Shown: piece after piece, positions 60,477-64,000 of the stretch
Position numbering within the stretch: the stretch's first letter is position 1
Layout: each line of letters begins with the position of its first letter
Source: Macrostomum lignano
Lineage: Eukaryota
Direction: 5' to 3'
Assembly: GCA_002269645.1 (NCBI GenBank)
Contig: NIVC01000309.1
Span: 124,001 to 188,000, forward strand
Length of the DNA: 64,000 nucleotides
Position numbers and translations under genes: made by a program
Notes under the pieces: generated by a model
The model's input: the letters and a program-made list of their open reading frames with translations, nothing else
What the model was told of the DNA's origin: nothing
Database searches by the model: none

Positions 60477-63400
60477 ATGACTTCAACACCGCCAATGTCA
60501 ACAGGTGCTAATGTTGCAGATGATTCCAATCCTGTTGAGCGATGGTTTAAAGCCATTGATTGTGCCAGAATGAGCCTCGTCAAGGAAGCTTATCCAGCTA
60601 TTGACAATGTTGACGTCACAAAGGCCTTGCCATTTGGTCCGAAAAATACTCTTGTAAGTGAGGCCTGTATTGGGTTGGGCTTTTTACATCAGCGATAGTA
60701 CAGTCCATAGATGTACTATCGCTCTCTCAGAGAGGCTAAGGTCGCCATGTCAGTTTCGGATTCCAAGGTCATTATGTCTGTATCACAGATCCCAAGGTCA
60801 CCATACCGGATTCACAGATCCCAAGGTCACCAAACCACCAGCTGTGCAGATCCAAAGGTCACTAAATCACCAGTTTCCTAGATCCCAAGGTCACCAGTTT
60901 CACAGGAACCACGAGTGTCACAGGTCTTAAGTCTTTCAAAGCATTAATCTCAGGATAACAATAACTTATCTTACTCTCTTTAATTTTCAGCACAAAGACG
61001 CCACAGCGCTGCATTTGGCGTCCTACATCGGGCACAAAGACATTGTTAGATTTTTGATATCGTCAAAGGCCGATCCTAATGCCTCTACCAGCGTTAGTCT
61101 TTGTTTTCTTTTCTAATAAAACAGCTTTAAAAGTACCTTTCAAGCTCGATTTTAAAAAACGTGCTTTTTTAATAAATCACTATTCAGCTTGGCTACCGAC
61201 CTATACATTTCGCCGCTTCGGAGGGTCACGTGACTACAGTGGATATTTTGCTCAACGCCGGGGCCGAAGTGAGCCCACTCACTGCTGTAAGTTAACAGCC
61301 TTGATAGTAGCTATGCAAGTGTGCATTATTATTTTACCATATACTGTTGTATTGGTCAGTTTAATGGTTAAATTTCGCATTTTCCGGCAATATTTATTAA
61401 ACAGTTACTTGATGCTGTGAGACAGTTATTAGATGCTGTTAGACAGTTATTAGATGCTGTTAGACAGTTATTAGATGCTGTTAGACAGTTATTAGATGCT
61501 GTTAGACAGTTATTAAATCCTGTTAAATAGTTATTAGATGCTGTTAGACAGTTATTAGATACTGTTAGACAGTTATTAGATACTGTTAGACAGTAATTAG
61601 ATACTGTTAGACAGTTATTAGATACTGTTAGACAGTTATTAGATACTGTTAGACAGTAATTAGATGCTGTTAGACAGTTATTAGATACTGTTAGACAGTT
61701 ATTAGATACTGTTAGACAGTAATTAGATGCTGTTAGACAGTTATTAGATACTGTTAGACAGTAATTAGATACTGTTAGACAGTAATTAGATGCTGTTAGA
61801 CAGTTATTAGATACTGTTAGACAGTTATTAGATACTGTTAGACAGTAATTAGATGCTGTTAGACAGTTATTAGATACTGTTAGACAGTAATTAGATACTG
61901 TTAGACAGTAGTTAGATGCTGTTAGACAGTTATTAGATACTGTTAGACAGTTATTAGATACTGTTAGACAGTTATTAGATACTGTTAGACAGTTATTAGA
62001 TACTGTTAGACAGTAATTAGATGCTGTTAGACAGTTATTAGATACTGTTAGACAGTAATTAGATACTGTTAGACAGTAATTAGATACTGTTAGACAGTTA
62101 TTAGATACTGTTAGACAGTTATTAGATACTGTTAGACAGTTATTAGATACTGTTAGACAGGTACTGATTCTCAATACGCATTCACAATAGGACGGCGACA
62201 CTCCGGTCGCGCTCGCCCTGAAGTGGGGAATGCGCGACACAGTTCGCAAACTGCTGAACAGCGGCGCCACTCTGGACGGCCTGGACGATGCGTCGCTAAA
62301 AAAGTACGCTAAGCGCGGCTTCCTGCCGTCTCAAGAAGCCGCTTCGCCAACTCGACAGTCGGCTGCACCGTCGGCTGGCGGAAGAAAAGGCGGCGGCAAT
62401 GTTAGACAGCAGCAGCAGCAGCGGCATCATTATCAAGGTGCTGGCGGCGGTTATTCAATGGGCGATTCGTCCACTCAGCGACGGTGGCGCGAATTGACGT
62501 CGAAATTTGCCGATGCCGAAGTCGGCAGCGGCGGCGGTGCTGATGATAGCCGGTCGGCGGCCTTCACTGCGGTAGCTCGCTGCGTTCGCCGCCTGTTGGC
62601 CGACTGTCGCACCGAGGAGCGACTGGAAGCTCGAGCTGCAACGCTTGCCTCCGCGCTGCGCTCAGCTGGCCCAGATTTGGCCACGGCCGGAGATCTGGCC
62701 GAATTGCTGGAGATGCTGGCCTTCGATTGCGGCTTCCCAGTATCTGGCTCGCTGGCCGATTGCCTGGCCGGACTGCGACTTCGGTGTCGTCGAATAAGAG
62801 AAGGTCCAGGCGCCTGGGCCGTGCGCTTGATGCGTACGGTGCGTACTTTTTGCTGCTGTCGTTTCTCTATAGTATTTTTATCATATATACTGCGTACATG
62901 TATACAGGTGTTTTCTGAACCCACCTTATTCTGCCTGTCTCCTAGACTGTACATTGGCGCACTCACCTCACTCCGCCACTGTATCTCAATAAAATGTCTT
63001 ATTAAGGCACACCCAATCTGCTCTTGTGTTCCCCAACTGTACATAGACTTGACGCGCCCGCCTCACTCCACCTCTCTGTCCCCCTAGATTGTACATTGAC
63101 GCGCCCACCTCACTTCGCCACTCTGTCCCCCTAAACTGTACATTGACGCGCCCACCTCACTTCACCACTCTGTCCCCCTAGATTGTACATTGACGCGCCT
63201 ACTTCACTCCGCCACTCATACATTTTCAGGCGCAGGACCCGTCGCTAGATTCCCATTCCGTAGACGCAAGTCTGTGCCTCTGTAACGCCTTGCTAAGCAT
63301 GGAACAAGCTGAGTGCACCGGCCGTCTGGCTCCCGCTGCTGAAGAATTTATCAATCAAACTCTGTCGGCTCTGGAAGGCACCGAGGAGCCGCGGCACCTG

Positions 63401-63806
63401 GTGCAATTGCTTGCTCTGGTTCGGCTCTCATCAGAATTATTCGAGTCAAATTTTCTAGCCAAATTCGAACAATTCGCCGACGTTCTAATTGGCTGGTCCA
63501 TTGATCCGGGCGATTCCACCGAGTTCGCCCTGTCCAAACGGCTGGCCGCCTGCTTAACCTCGCTAGGTAGATTATGGCGCGCCAACTCTAATTACACCTG
63601 GCAACTGCTTGACAGCCTAGTTGAAGATGTGTCCGTCTTTGTTAATGAAGAATTGCCTTCGGCGCTGGCTAAAGCCACTAGCGGCGGCGGCGGCGCGCGA
63701 GCTGATTCGCCAGTTGAAACGGCTATGGCAGCAGCGCCGCTGCTGGAGACGTTTGCCACGGTGCTGACTGCGCTGGACAATGCTAGCTGTCGGCAGGCTG
63801 ATGATG
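60477..63806 (+). CDS. Ankyrin-repeat / SMG1-like kinase N-terminus, 3'-partial; exons 60477-60653, 60991-61092, 61188-61286, 62191-62838, 63230-63806
   Basis: All junctions are phase 0. Three ankyrin repeats (TALHLASYIGH, RPIHFAASEGH, TPVALALKWGM). Then FEQFADVLIGWSIDP..LWRAN..LLDSLVED, resembling SMG1 FRDTVDILVGWHID..FW..LLGQFLED. Confidence 0.75.
60770..60930. repeat. Short degenerate repeat (CACAGATCCCAAGGTCAC) in an intron
   Basis: Directly visible. Confidence 0.7.
61416..62160. repeat. 21-bp tandem repeat (CTGTTAGACAGTTATTAGATA) filling an intron
   Basis: 7-aa periodicity in ORF 61368-62270. Confidence 0.96.
62925..63215. repeat. Second array of the 45-bp repeat family
   Basis: Same unit as 59750-60140; fills the intron up to the acceptor. 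Confidence 0.88.
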
Positions 63807-63889
63807 GTAAGGCCTTGGGGTTGGCTCCAGAGTGTTAATTTCGTGCGCACTAATCGTGCACTAAAGCTCCAAATTCTAATTTATAATAA

Positions 63890-63960
63890 TGTGGCCGCTC
63901 ACGGAATCGAACCCAGAGATCGTGTCGGGAGGGTCGTTCTTCTAACCAATAGGGTCCCCG
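63890..63960 (-). mobile_element. SINE family A head fragment
   Basis: The minus strand reads GGTTCGATTCCGTGAGCGGCCAC, identical to the copy near 13480. Confidence 0.68.
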
Positions 63961-64000
63961 ACACTTGACTGCGAAACTATGCCCTCCTAGACTGTACATT

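Noticed and set aside
61368-62270. 300-aa Cys-rich CLTVSNN repeat protein
   Set aside because: Antisense translation of a 21-bp intronic array.

Overview
Eukaryotic, intron-rich animal DNA packed with tandem repeats. The gene content, intron-filling minisatellites and splice style suggest a free-living flatworm such as Macrostomum (inference, not proven). Genes assembled by hand with phase-consistent GT-AG junctions: (1) the 3' part of a DEG/ENaC channel whose ectodomain carries kringle-like modules; (2) a PRDM9-like PR/SET plus zinc-finger gene with an uninterrupted ORF; (3) MYCBPAP-like 5' exons; (4) HECTD2; (5) a Tantalus/PRR14-like gene; (6) p23/PTGES3; (7) an unknown 3-exon gene; (8) a BLOC1S3-like gene; (9) COQ2; (10) the 5' part of an ankyrin-repeat/SMG1-like gene. 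COQ2 has two intact 134-nt mutually exclusive exons with rhodoquinone-type (L/S) and ubiquinone-type (F/A) signatures. Its first coding exon lacks an in-frame ATG, which may be supplied by a trans-spliced leader. Mobile DNA: a deleted THAP/P-element inside a satellite, two hAT-type MITEs, three mariner derivatives, another 8-bp-TSD MITE, an RTE fragment, a four-copy tRNA-SINE family, a CORE-SINE and two TSD-flanked non-coding insertions. There are two CpG-depleted zones. No CRISPR, rRNA or intact tRNA gene was found.
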